From the NCBI GenBank assembly GCA_963742415.1, contig CAVULX010000003.1, positions 896,001 through 960,000 on the forward strand: a DNA stretch of 64,000 bases, in the 5' to 3' direction. Origin of the DNA: an uncultured Parachlamydiaceae bacterium. GTDB taxonomy: Bacteria; Chlamydiota; Chlamydiia; Chlamydiales; Parachlamydiaceae. Position 1 is the stretch's first letter. Each line of letters opens with the position of its first letter. The position numbers were made by a program, and so were the translations under genes. Positions 18,520-26,845 of the stretch are shown here, one piece after another. Below the pieces are notes generated by a model, which saw only the letters and a list, made by a program, of their open reading frames with translations, was not told the DNA's origin and ran no database searches.

Positions 18520-18999
18520 TCAAGCGGACAATGTTGTTTTTTGTTCCAACCAATAACGTTGATAAGCAATAAAACCGGCTCGAGACATCAATTCTAAAGC
18601 CAGAAATGTAAACCAGATCTTACCAAGAGAAGGTTGAATCTGAACAAAAACCACTTTTGTTCCCATTGTTTCACAAAAAAGGCGAGAAATGGACAAAGCA
18701 TTGATTAGCAACTTGGGCAGAACCTTATCTGATGTGGCAAAATCATCGACCAAACAATACATTGCAGCCAGCTGAACTGTAATTTGCACAGCCTTGTAAG
18801 GTATAAAACATATCCCTAAAGATAAATATAAAGTATTCATGATGTCTGAAGCTGAAGCCATTATTTCAAATAATTTTGCCATGCGCTTACTGGACAATGG
18901 CGCTCCACTGTCGCTAAGAAAACTTTCACGTACATTTAAGACGTTATTTACTACCAATGGGAAGATACTAAACTTTGGCAAAGCACTGGCAATGATCAT
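18520..18999 (-). CDS. Small hydrophobic hypothetical protein
   Basis: 159-aa ORF with AAGGA upstream and several hydrophobic segments; no family recognised. Confidence 0.5.
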   Translation of the reverse strand: MIIASALPKFSIFPLVVNNVLNVRESFLSDSGAPLSSKRMAKLFEIMASASDIMNTLYLSLGICFIPYKAVQITVQLAAMYCLVDDFATSDKVLPKLLINALSISRLFCETMGTKVVFVQIQPSLGKIWFTFLALELMSRAGFIAYQRYWLEQKTTLSA

Positions 19000-19168
19000 A
19001 ATTTTTTCCTTTATTATGCTATTTTAACTTTGCGAAAAATTTTACCTGATATCGAATTAAAATCGAATAAAAGTTGCCGAAATCCAATGTTTTTAGCTCT
19101 CTTAAATATAACATGGGGATCATGGGGATTTTGGCGGCTTATGATCGTTTTTTATTCGATGGAATTTG

Positions 19169-19285
19169 TTGTACCCCGCTTCGGGGGTACAATAATTAAT
19201 TCTTAAATTCCCAGAGTTGCGCTGTTTCGGGCTTCGCCCTCACAGCTTACTCTGGGCTATCAATCTGTAATTCCCTTCGGGAATT
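19169..19285. repeat. Three-hairpin REP-like unit with the same architecture as one arm of 18273-18474
   Basis: TTGTACCCC..GGGGTACAA; CCCAGAGT..ACTCTGGGCTAT; AATTCCCTTCGGGAATT. Confidence 0.7.
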
Positions 19286-19286
19286 T

Positions 19287-19392
19287 CTCGAGTTTGGACA
19301 CGGAGTCTGTCAGTTTTTTGGAGTGCGGCGGCAAGCCGCCGCACTCCAAAAAACTCATTCGGGAATTTATTTGCGAAATGTCCGAACTCGAG
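19287..19392. repeat. MITE-like element with 14-bp terminal inverted repeats around a GGAGTGCGG hairpin
   Basis: CTCGAGTTTGGACA / TGTCCGAACTCGAG (1 mismatch); central perfect IR AGTTTTTTGGAGTGCGGCGGC-aa-GCCGCCGCACTCCAAAAAACT (19312-19355). Confidence 0.7.
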
Positions 19393-19417
19393 CGCACGGC
19401 GTGAAAACGCCGTGCGC
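19392..19417 (-). terminator. GC-rich hairpin downstream of the FAD oxidoreductase
   Basis: GCGCACGGCGT-gaaa-ACGCCGTGCGC 17 nt after the stop; no clear U-tract, so it may be a REP. Confidence 0.4.
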
Positions 19418-19434
19418 CAGATGGACTTTCTCTT

Positions 19435-20991
19435 TTATGCTTCAGTTTTTATGTGAGAGATCTTTTTAGTGAATTTTGCAGAGGTTTGTTTTAATGCCTG
19501 CAGATTTTCTGAATCGGGATCTATCATTTCTGCCACTTTCATTGCAGCTACGATGGCAGCATCATGGGAGCCTCCTGGACTTGCCCACATTCCAGCAAAA
19601 TAGCATTTGTGATTTCCTTGCACTTTTTCAATCGCTTTTTGTGCGAAAATGTAATTTAAGTTAGATAGCAGGTGTTGATATTCAACAAAGTAGTACAAGG
19701 GTTCGGGCATAGGATCGCCTTCGTTTATCCAACTTTTAAAAGTGTATGGATTTATCCACTCTTTCCACATTGTCATGGTGCTTGGCTTGTCCTCATTGTG
19801 CTGAATATTGGCCACCGACCATCCCGATTTATCAGGGGGCATGTAGGATGGATCTCCGTGAATAGCTATCCTTGCTTTGTAATATTCAATTTGATTTAAA
19901 AGGGTTCGAATATCTGTCTTTTCAGGGATATCTTTTAATAGTCTGCTTGCAGTAGGTGCATCGGTCGCCAAAATAAGATGGGTATAATAGTTTACTTTTC
20001 CATTATCCTCTGTGATTTTATAACAGTCATCCTCCAATGTGATGCTTTCAATGTTTGTAGATCTTTTTATTATCGTTAATGAAAGTTCCTTTTCCAATTT
20101 TTGAATATAACTGGACATTCCCCCTTGCACTTCATTCCATACAGGGGTTTGTAAATTTTTAGGGGCATTTTTTTTTATATAGTCGAGAAAGGTGCTCGCT
20201 GCAAAATCTTTGATATATTGAATTGAAGTTCCCCAAGCTGCGGAAAAAAAAGGATAGAGGAAGTGTTCTTTAAAATCCTTTGTAAGTCCATCAATTGAAT
20301 CGGCATATTGTTGCAATGTGACATTCGTATTTTTTTTATCTTCATGATCTATAAAGATCTTAAATTCAACGAGATCATAAATAGCATGAAGGGTGAGACC
20401 TTTCCAAATCACTTTTTTGTTTTGTATTGGCGGAAGAATAACTAATTCTTTTCCATCTTTTTTGTAGAAGGAGTAGGTGAAAGGGAATTTATGGATAGGA
20501 GCGTCCAGAAGTTCAAGTAATCCCATGAAATGGGTATACATGGGATCATTGAAAAATTCGGCGCCGGCTTCTATGACGACATATTTTTCTTCAGGTTCTT
20601 CTACTTCAACTCCAGACTCATTCCCAGATTCGACTTCTAGTTCCTTTTGGGGCTTAGCGTCCATCACTTCCACTCGTCCGGTAGGCTTCCCATTCTTATC
20701 GACAAAAACCTTTATCGTATTGGCATGGCCGCCCAGCCGATCGCTTTTTTCATATAAAGTCACATCGAAATTATATTGCAAATCCCAAGCTGCTACAAGG
20801 CCCGAAACGCCTCCCCCAATGATGGCAATGCGGTTTACTTGTTCCCATTTATTAATTTTTTCACTCGTCTCCTCCAATTTGCTATCTCGAGTAGTTGTGG
20901 GACTTGATAACGGTGTAGCCAGTCCATAATCATAAAGGGAAGACAGAATACTATCGGCACCTCGTACAAGGAAATTACCTGCACCTTCCAT
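19435..20991 (-). CDS. FAD-dependent oxidoreductase (amine oxidase/COG2907-like)
   Basis: IAIIGGGVSGL Rossmann motif, LYEKSDRLGGHANT, IHGDPSYMP, YFAGMW. Confidence 0.88.
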   Translation of the reverse strand: MEGAGNFLVRGADSILSSLYDYGLATPLSSPTTTRDSKLEETSEKINKWEQVNRIAIIGGGVSGLVAAWDLQYNFDVTLYEKSDRLGGHANTIKVFVDKNGKPTGRVEVMDAKPQKELEVESGNESGVEVEEPEEKYVVIEAGAEFFNDPMYTHFMGLLELLDAPIHKFPFTYSFYKKDGKELVILPPIQNKKVIWKGLTLHAIYDLVEFKIFIDHEDKKNTNVTLQQYADSIDGLTKDFKEHFLYPFFSAAWGTSIQYIKDFAASTFLDYIKKNAPKNLQTPVWNEVQGGMSSYIQKLEKELSLTIIKRSTNIESITLEDDCYKITEDNGKVNYYTHLILATDAPTASRLLKDIPEKTDIRTLLNQIEYYKARIAIHGDPSYMPPDKSGWSVANIQHNEDKPSTMTMWKEWINPYTFKSWINEGDPMPEPLYYFVEYQHLLSNLNYIFAQKAIEKVQGNHKCYFAGMWASPGGSHDAAIVAAMKVAEMIDPDSENLQALKQTSAKFTKKISHIKTEA

Positions 20992-21064
20992 AAGGACCCC
21001 CTTGTTTATGAATGATTTAAAAGGCTATATCCTCCTTGTATTCTCCTAAATAATTCATTACAAT

Positions 21065-21952
21065 TTATTTTTTTATCCCACTGAGAGCCACCTTAAATAA
21101 CTTTTTTGTGGCGAGCGAATAGACTTTAGGGGTAACGATCTTTCGATAGATAGTAATCCAGGTATTACGTGCTTGCTGGATCCAATGGGGCCGGTGGGGT
21201 TCACACTGTTGATCGAACAAGCGGGGGTACCGTTTTTTCTTTCGGATAAAGTCTGCTGTTTTGGCTTGCAGTTGCGCATGGGCAACACAATCATTGAGAG
21301 GATTATCTATGTTGTAAACATATAGAAACTCGTTGATGAATTTGCAGCTTTTTCCCCCTGTCATTTCGAGTAAAGGATAAAGGATGGCGAGATCCCAGGC
21401 TGTTTTAAAATACCTGCCTGACTCATCTTGTAAATCTTCTTCTCTGACATGTTTCCATATTTTGTGTTTAAATGTTCTCAAATGGGAAAAAACGAAGGGA
21501 ATTTCCCGGAAATCTAGACTTTGAGCCGCAGGGTTTGGCAAGGGAATGCAAAATCCTTTCTGCCATCTAGGGTAGGTAATAAATTGGCCGTAAGTCATGT
21601 TTACAGCTTCTTCGCGATAAGCCGCCGCAACTTTTGCGAAGACGTGGCGATTGTAAAGCCAATCATCCCCATCGAGAAGGAGGATGACATCTTCATCGTT
21701 TGGGTTAAGTTGCTTAATCCCCTCGACGATGTTAGCTAAGGCGCCGTGATTGGTTGTTCGGAATAGTGGCTGCCAGGGGTGCTTTTGACAGTAGCTTTCG
21801 ATAATCTCTCTTTGCCCCGCTTCAGTAGAGGCATCGTCAATGACACAAACATCATAATGGCTATAGGTTTGACGGGCTACGGAATCGAGGGTTTTTTTGA
21901 TCCATTTGACGCTGTTGTAGGAAGGGATCACGACTTTAAAGCGGACGCTCAC
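21065..21952 (-). CDS. Glycosyltransferase family 2
   Basis: VVIPSYN, VIDDAST, LLDGDDW (DxD), SHLRTF. Confidence 0.9.
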   Translation of the reverse strand: MSVRFKVVIPSYNSVKWIKKTLDSVARQTYSHYDVCVIDDASTEAGQREIIESYCQKHPWQPLFRTTNHGALANIVEGIKQLNPNDEDVILLLDGDDWLYNRHVFAKVAAAYREEAVNMTYGQFITYPRWQKGFCIPLPNPAAQSLDFREIPFVFSHLRTFKHKIWKHVREEDLQDESGRYFKTAWDLAILYPLLEMTGGKSCKFINEFLYVYNIDNPLNDCVAHAQLQAKTADFIRKKKRYPRLFDQQCEPHRPHWIQQARNTWITIYRKIVTPKVYSLATKKLFKVALSGIKK

Positions 21953-23417
21953 TTGGGACCTCCGTGGATGGATTAGAACGCAATTTCAGCCAGCTTTTCA
22001 GAAGATCTAATAAGGAATCTCTTTCGCTTTTTGATAAGATCCCATACCAACAGTAGCTGTAAAAGGCAGCTAAAACGAGGATCATGCTGCCATTATAGAG
22101 GATCGCATTGGAAAAGGGAATAAAGGATAAGCAGCCGGTGATGGTCAAGGCAATTCCTATTTTGCCGATCCGCTTTTTTTCATAGGGGATCCATATAAGG
22201 CGTTGGTTGATCCAAAGGCTAGCAGTGACTAATCCCAAGAACCCCAAAAAGGTGGCAAAGGCCGCTCCCATTTTTCCCCCTATTAAAATGAGGGGGATAT
22301 TAAGCCCGATGCAGCAAACGCCTGCCCCTAGTTCAAGACAGGATTGCACTCCTGTTTTTTTATGAAATATCAAGGGGGGGTAGGTGATGGCATAGACTCC
22401 CCATAAACCTTGAGCGGCGGCTGTGAGCCCAACCACAGTCCATATGTCGTAAAAAGGGGGTTGCACAAAGGCATGGACGACCGGTTTGGCCAAACAAAAC
22501 AGGGCTGCCACGCATCCGCTTAGGCCAAAAAGATAGTAGGTCATGACCTTGCTAAAGACTTGGGGAGCTTCTTCTTGCTTATTGAGATAGCTATTGAAAA
22601 GGGGGACCCACGCGCTCATAAAGCCCCACAAAGGGAGCTCGATGACTCTGCCGATATTTGAACCGAGGAAGTAGAGCCCCACCTCAGATTCGGTGCTGAA
22701 TAACTGTAGAATGTATCTTGAGATCCCTTGCAACATACAGTAACCCCAATAGCCGTAGATGCAAGGCAAGCCTATTTTTATCAGTTCCTTTCCGTAATTC
22801 CACTGGATGGAGAAGGAGAGGGTGGGGCAAACGACCAGCATCATAAGGATAAGATTGAATGAATGGGTTAGGATAATGGCTTCCATGTACCCTGCAACAC
22901 CTCTTTGAAGATAAACGACCATGAAGATCATCGAAGAAATGGAGACGGTTACATCGGCGAGGTTGAGAAAAAACACTTTTTTGGCTTGTTGAGAGGCTCT
23001 GAGATAATATTCAAAAGCCATCCGCACGGTGCAAATGCCGATGCCAAGGAAGGTGAGGACAATAAGATGTGAGAGAGAGGCGTTGCCGAGTAAAATCGAG
23101 CTTATCGGCTTGGCGAAAAATAGGGCTAACGAGGTCAAAACGAAGTTATTGAATACCAGCGTACAGAAGGCGGTCCAAATAATCCCCTCTTTCTCCACTT
23201 TAGTCTTCCCTGACGAATAAACTCTTCCCAGCGAGGTGTGAAATCCTGCTGAAAAAAGGCCATTGGCAAAGGTAGGAACGAGAGTCAGGATGCCGATAAC
23301 CCCGTAATCCCAAGGGGTTAGATAGCTTGTCGTCAATGGCAATAGAAACAGGGTGACAATGCGGCCGATGAACGATCCCCCGCTATAGAGAAGAATATCT
23401 TTGAAGAACTTTAACAT
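21936..23417 (-). CDS. Wzx-like oligosaccharide flippase
   Basis: Many TM segments; LLPLTTSYLTPWDYGV, EVGLY, GAAFAT motifs; lies between two glycosyltransferases. Confidence 0.88.
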   Translation of the reverse strand: MLKFFKDILLYSGGSFIGRIVTLFLLPLTTSYLTPWDYGVIGILTLVPTFANGLFSAGFHTSLGRVYSSGKTKVEKEGIIWTAFCTLVFNNFVLTSLALFFAKPISSILLGNASLSHLIVLTFLGIGICTVRMAFEYYLRASQQAKKVFFLNLADVTVSISSMIFMVVYLQRGVAGYMEAIILTHSFNLILMMLVVCPTLSFSIQWNYGKELIKIGLPCIYGYWGYCMLQGISRYILQLFSTESEVGLYFLGSNIGRVIELPLWGFMSAWVPLFNSYLNKQEEAPQVFSKVMTYYLFGLSGCVAALFCLAKPVVHAFVQPPFYDIWTVVGLTAAAQGLWGVYAITYPPLIFHKKTGVQSCLELGAGVCCIGLNIPLILIGGKMGAAFATFLGFLGLVTASLWINQRLIWIPYEKKRIGKIGIALTITGCLSFIPFSNAILYNGSMILVLAAFYSYCWYGILSKSERDSLLDLLKSWLKLRSNPSTEVPSERPL

Positions 23418-23428
23418 GCTTTCTACAC

Positions 23429-24334
23429 TTAGGGTTTAGAGGAGATAACAAACCAGTCGGGTGGAATCAGATCGTCGCTTTTTAATCCCGTTTCAGGCTG
23501 AAACCACTCCTTGGGCGCTAAGACGATTTTTTTTGAGTTCTTTTTTCCGATGTAGGCTGCCCACCATGAAAAAGTGGAGTTTGAAATTATATTATGCCTG
23601 CAAAGGCTTTGCAGGTAAAAATCGTAAATATAATGCTCGGTTTGGATGAATTTAATGTTTCCGGGGATTCCTTGAAGGTCCTTTTTGCACCATTCGATGT
23701 CATCGGAGAAGACATAAAAATGAAACCCTCTGGGAAATGACTGCATGGCTTTGCAGACATACTTTTTGCCATTGAGGGGATAGATTTGGTGCTGAGGGTC
23801 TGCGTTGAAATAGGTTCTAATATGGACAGCAACACCTTTGGGGTCTGCAATAATGTCACCATAATGGCTTTCCAAGTGAGCCAAAATCGCGGGACTTGGG
23901 GCGAAGAGCTCTTGGATCTCTTTACGGTGGTGGTCGAAATATTTCCAAGATTGAAAATAGCCGTGTATTTTCATCCCTGCCTGAAAAGGGATAGGGGAAT
24001 AGGTAAAAGCGGGTTCATGATGCACTTTTGAGATGGAATCGGCGGGTGGGGTTATTTTCAATTGGGAAAACACAAGCTCCCGATTTACAGGGATCCCCTC
24101 TTTTTCAGAAGTGAGCAATTCAGGAAAATAGGCCTCGGCTCCGTGATCCAAAGCAAGGCTTGTCGCGGTTGCAATTTGGAACATCTGATTGCCCAGTTGT
24201 CCATACAAGTCGGCAACCAAAAAAGGGTTGATGCTAGAGGGAAGATCTTCACTAGCAATCATGAGATTATGGGCAAACAAAAATGTCAAGAGGAGTAATA
24301 TGGGGGAACTGCGTGGCGGCATATTCGTTTTCAT
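23429..24334 (-). CDS. Alpha-1,2-fucosyltransferase-like protein (GT11)
   Basis: GQLGNQMFQ, GYFQSWKYF, VAVHIR, FSDDIEWCK, NSTFSWWAA; start uncertain (24361/24334/24322). Confidence 0.9.
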   Translation of the reverse strand: MKTNMPPRSSPILLLLTFLFAHNLMIASEDLPSSINPFLVADLYGQLGNQMFQIATATSLALDHGAEAYFPELLTSEKEGIPVNRELVFSQLKITPPADSISKVHHEPAFTYSPIPFQAGMKIHGYFQSWKYFDHHRKEIQELFAPSPAILAHLESHYGDIIADPKGVAVHIRTYFNADPQHQIYPLNGKKYVCKAMQSFPRGFHFYVFSDDIEWCKKDLQGIPGNIKFIQTEHYIYDFYLQSLCRHNIISNSTFSWWAAYIGKKNSKKIVLAPKEWFQPETGLKSDDLIPPDWFVISSKP

Positions 24335-24350
24335 GTTAGCTCCGAATAAT

Positions 24351-24596
24351 TTAAGTTTCACTTTTTAAGGCTTGGAAAGCCATTTGAACCGTTTGAATGC
24401 CTGCTAAAACCCCTTCTTCATAACGGAAATGGGGATGGTTCTCCAGATCTGGAAAATCATTGGGCTGTAACAGATCATCGGTCGTGAGATGGGGGACAAT
24501 TCGGCGGCCGCACTCCAAGACTTTTCGATGCTGCTGTGCTGTTATTTGGCTAAGAAGTTTTTCTATAGTTTCCCAATCAGGTTGCATTTTCGCCAT
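24351..24596 (-). CDS. Small conserved chlamydial hypothetical protein
   Basis: 81 aa abutting tadA; DDLLQPNDFPDLENHPHFRYEEG. Confidence 0.75.
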   Translation of the reverse strand: MAKMQPDWETIEKLLSQITAQQHRKVLECGRRIVPHLTTDDLLQPNDFPDLENHPHFRYEEGVLAGIQTVQMAFQALKSET

Positions 24597-25106
24597 TCAG
24601 TTTTTTCCTTCAGAGGGGTTCAGGCGCCGTTGTTGAAAAAAGTCCCTTAGGATAGCCCCGCTTTGCTCTTGGAAGATCCCCTTTCGAATGGTTAATGAAT
24701 GGGTGGGATGGGGTTGGCCAAACAGGTTGATCCAACTGCCATTGGCGCCATGCCGAATGTCTGGGGCGCCCCAGACGAGGACGGGAAGGCGTGACAATAG
24801 CATGGCTCCGGCACACATGGCGCAAGGTTCGATGGTGCAATATAAGGTGGTCTGTTCGAGGCGCCAATTTTCCAACGCAGAAGCCCCTGCAGTGATGCAG
24901 AGCATTTCCGCGTGGGCTGTGGCATCCCGCAACATTTCGACTTGATTGTGCCCTCGCGCGATGACCCTTCCCCCTTGGACAAGAACAGCGCCTACAGGAA
25001 CTTCATTCTCTTTATAGGCTTTCCAAGCTTCCTTCAAGGCTTCCAACATGAATTTTTCATCTTCGTTTTGGGGCGATAGTTGACTAAAAGGAAAGGGTTG
25101 GTTCAT
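24597..25106 (-). CDS. tadA: tRNA adenosine(34) deaminase
   Basis: EVPVGAV, HAE, EPCAMC zinc motifs. Confidence 0.95.
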   Translation of the reverse strand: MNQPFPFSQLSPQNEDEKFMLEALKEAWKAYKENEVPVGAVLVQGGRVIARGHNQVEMLRDATAHAEMLCITAGASALENWRLEQTTLYCTIEPCAMCAGAMLLSRLPVLVWGAPDIRHGANGSWINLFGQPHPTHSLTIRKGIFQEQSGAILRDFFQQRRLNPSEGKN

Positions 25107-25777
25107 TCACTCAATTTCCGTTGTAAATGGGCAATTTGTTTCTTTAAGCTGTCGACATCATGGGTATATTTTTTTTGGAAACCGGCCAGCTTTTTTTCAT
25201 ATTTATCGACGAGCCGTGCGATTTGTTCTTCGTAAGATTGCTTTAAAGACTCCAAAGAAAATCTTTCTTCGTTTTCCTTGGCCGTTTGTTCGGCTTGTTT
25301 AACTTCCCGTTTAGCTTGATGGCTCAAATCGTGATAGACTTCCTGTGGAAAGACGACAGAATTGAGGACACAGAACAAATAGGTGGCCGGAGCCCCGTAT
25401 GTTTGTATCGCTTCCGAGATGATTTGCTTGGAATCTTCTAACTTAATCTCTTGAATCTCAGTGAAATTCGGATCGATTTGACTTAATTTCTTTTCAAAAA
25501 AATCGTAAAGCTCGCTATTTCTGAAAAGCCACCGATTCGAAATGAATTCGGCTAATTCTTCCCCCTTTTCACTTTCTTTGATCGCTTTTCCGTAGGCGGG
25601 CACCAACTCTTCTACAGATAATTTGTTGAAGTTTTTCCCCGTGAAGTATTGTTTGCAAAAAAGGGGATCTTGCCGTAGATGATCATTTTTAAGATCTTTT
25701 TTCACAGCTTCAATAATCGATGGAAACCATTCTTGCAGAATGGTAAATTTTTCTTTATATGTGGTATCCTTATGCAT
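25103..25777 (-). CDS. Hypothetical protein with C-terminal coiled coil
   Basis: 224-aa ORF with ATGA overlap with tadA. Confidence 0.8.
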   Translation of the reverse strand: MHKDTTYKEKFTILQEWFPSIIEAVKKDLKNDHLRQDPLFCKQYFTGKNFNKLSVEELVPAYGKAIKESEKGEELAEFISNRWLFRNSELYDFFEKKLSQIDPNFTEIQEIKLEDSKQIISEAIQTYGAPATYLFCVLNSVVFPQEVYHDLSHQAKREVKQAEQTAKENEERFSLESLKQSYEEQIARLVDKYEKKLAGFQKKYTHDVDSLKKQIAHLQRKLSE

Positions 25778-25864
25778 ATTAGGGTTTCCTAAACTTGTTT
25801 AAAAAATGGGCTTCTCCAATTTAGCAAGCTTTTCAACAAAGAATCAAGAGGATTTATTGAAGTT

Positions 25865-26140
25865 ATGACAGAAAAAGATAGAGGGGATAACGCCCTGCAT
25901 GAACACCCTTTTTATGGATACGATATAATCCGGCGTGAACAACAAAAATATATTAAAAATTTATTGAAAAAATACCGGAATGAACCGGTCTCTGAAGAGC
26001 TAAAAAAGAAAATTTGGGATGAATTGCAAATGGAAAAGCATTTAGGGAGGATCACGATCCCTTTTAAAATGACGAGCCGCCGGGATCCCTATGGGAAATT
26101 CCCCCCTGTGATCGAGGTGATTCTCGATACAAAGGTTTGA
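25865..26140 (+). CDS. Small hypothetical protein
   Basis: 91-aa ORF with GAGG upstream, divergent from the previous gene. Confidence 0.7.
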   Translation: MTEKDRGDNALHEHPFYGYDIIRREQQKYIKNLLKKYRNEPVSEELKKKIWDELQMEKHLGRITIPFKMTSRRDPYGKFPPVIEVILDTKV

Positions 26141-26225
26141 GTCACGTTCGGAATAAACCTGCCATGGCCCACGTACCCCTTTAATTTTACATTTTAAACA
26201 AAGCTTAAAAGATCTTAATCGGTTC

Positions 26226-26254
26226 TTGATTTATAATTCTGTTTATGCTAGAAT
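26226..26254 (+). promoter_or_regulatory. Sigma66 promoter of rpsO
   Basis: TTGATT-17 nt-TAGAAT with extended -10 TG. Confidence 0.65.
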
Positions 26255-26324
26255 ATAACCATACGATGTTAATCATTATATAAAATAGCCATTTAGTGGC
26301 TTACAACTACGGGGGATTTTCAGG

Positions 26325-26594
26325 ATGTCTCTTGATAAAGGCACAAAAGATGAGATCACTAAAAAATTTCAGCTTCATGAAAAAGACACAGGATCTGCAG
26401 ATGTTCAAATCGCAATTTTAACAGAAAGAATCGCCGAATTGACTGAACATCTGAAGCGTTCGCCAAAAGATCACAACTCACGGTTAGCGCTCCTTAAGCT
26501 GGTAGGCCAACGGCGCCGCTTATTGGATTACTTAAACTCAACAGATACAAAGCGGTATCAGACGCTTATCACCAAGCTTAAATTAAGAAGGTGA
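26325..26594 (+). CDS. rpsO: 30S ribosomal protein S15
   Basis: [34 protein letters not shown]; directly upstream of pnp. Confidence 0.98.
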   Translation: MSLDKGTKDEITKKFQLHEKDTGSADVQIAILTERIAELTEHLKRSPKDHNSRLALLKLVGQRRRLLDYLNSTDTKRYQTLITKLKLRR

Positions 26595-26613
26595 GTAAGC
26601 CGAGAAAAAAACT

Positions 26614-26643
26614 AAAGGCAGCTAGTAAGCTGCCTTTTTTTTT
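26614..26643 (+). terminator. Rho-independent terminator after rpsO
   Basis: AAAGGCAGCT-agta-AGCTGCCTTT followed by a T-run. Confidence 0.85.
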
Positions 26644-26651
26644 AAACAGAT

Positions 26652-26681
26652 GAAATTAAAGAAGAGGAAATTAAAGAAGAG
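26652..26681 (+). repeat. 15-bp direct tandem repeat in the rpsO-pnp spacer
   Basis: GAAATTAAAGAAGAG x2. Confidence 0.8.
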
Positions 26682-26845
26682 GATAGAGATCAGAAAACAT
26701 TCTTTAAAATACCCTTTAAGGCTTGCTTTCTGAATTCTACTTCTTCTTTTCCATCTCACATAACAAAAACAAACGATCTCAACATGAATTATGTTGCGAT
26801 GTGATTTTAATGAACTATTCCAAATGGAGATAGATAAGTAGAACT

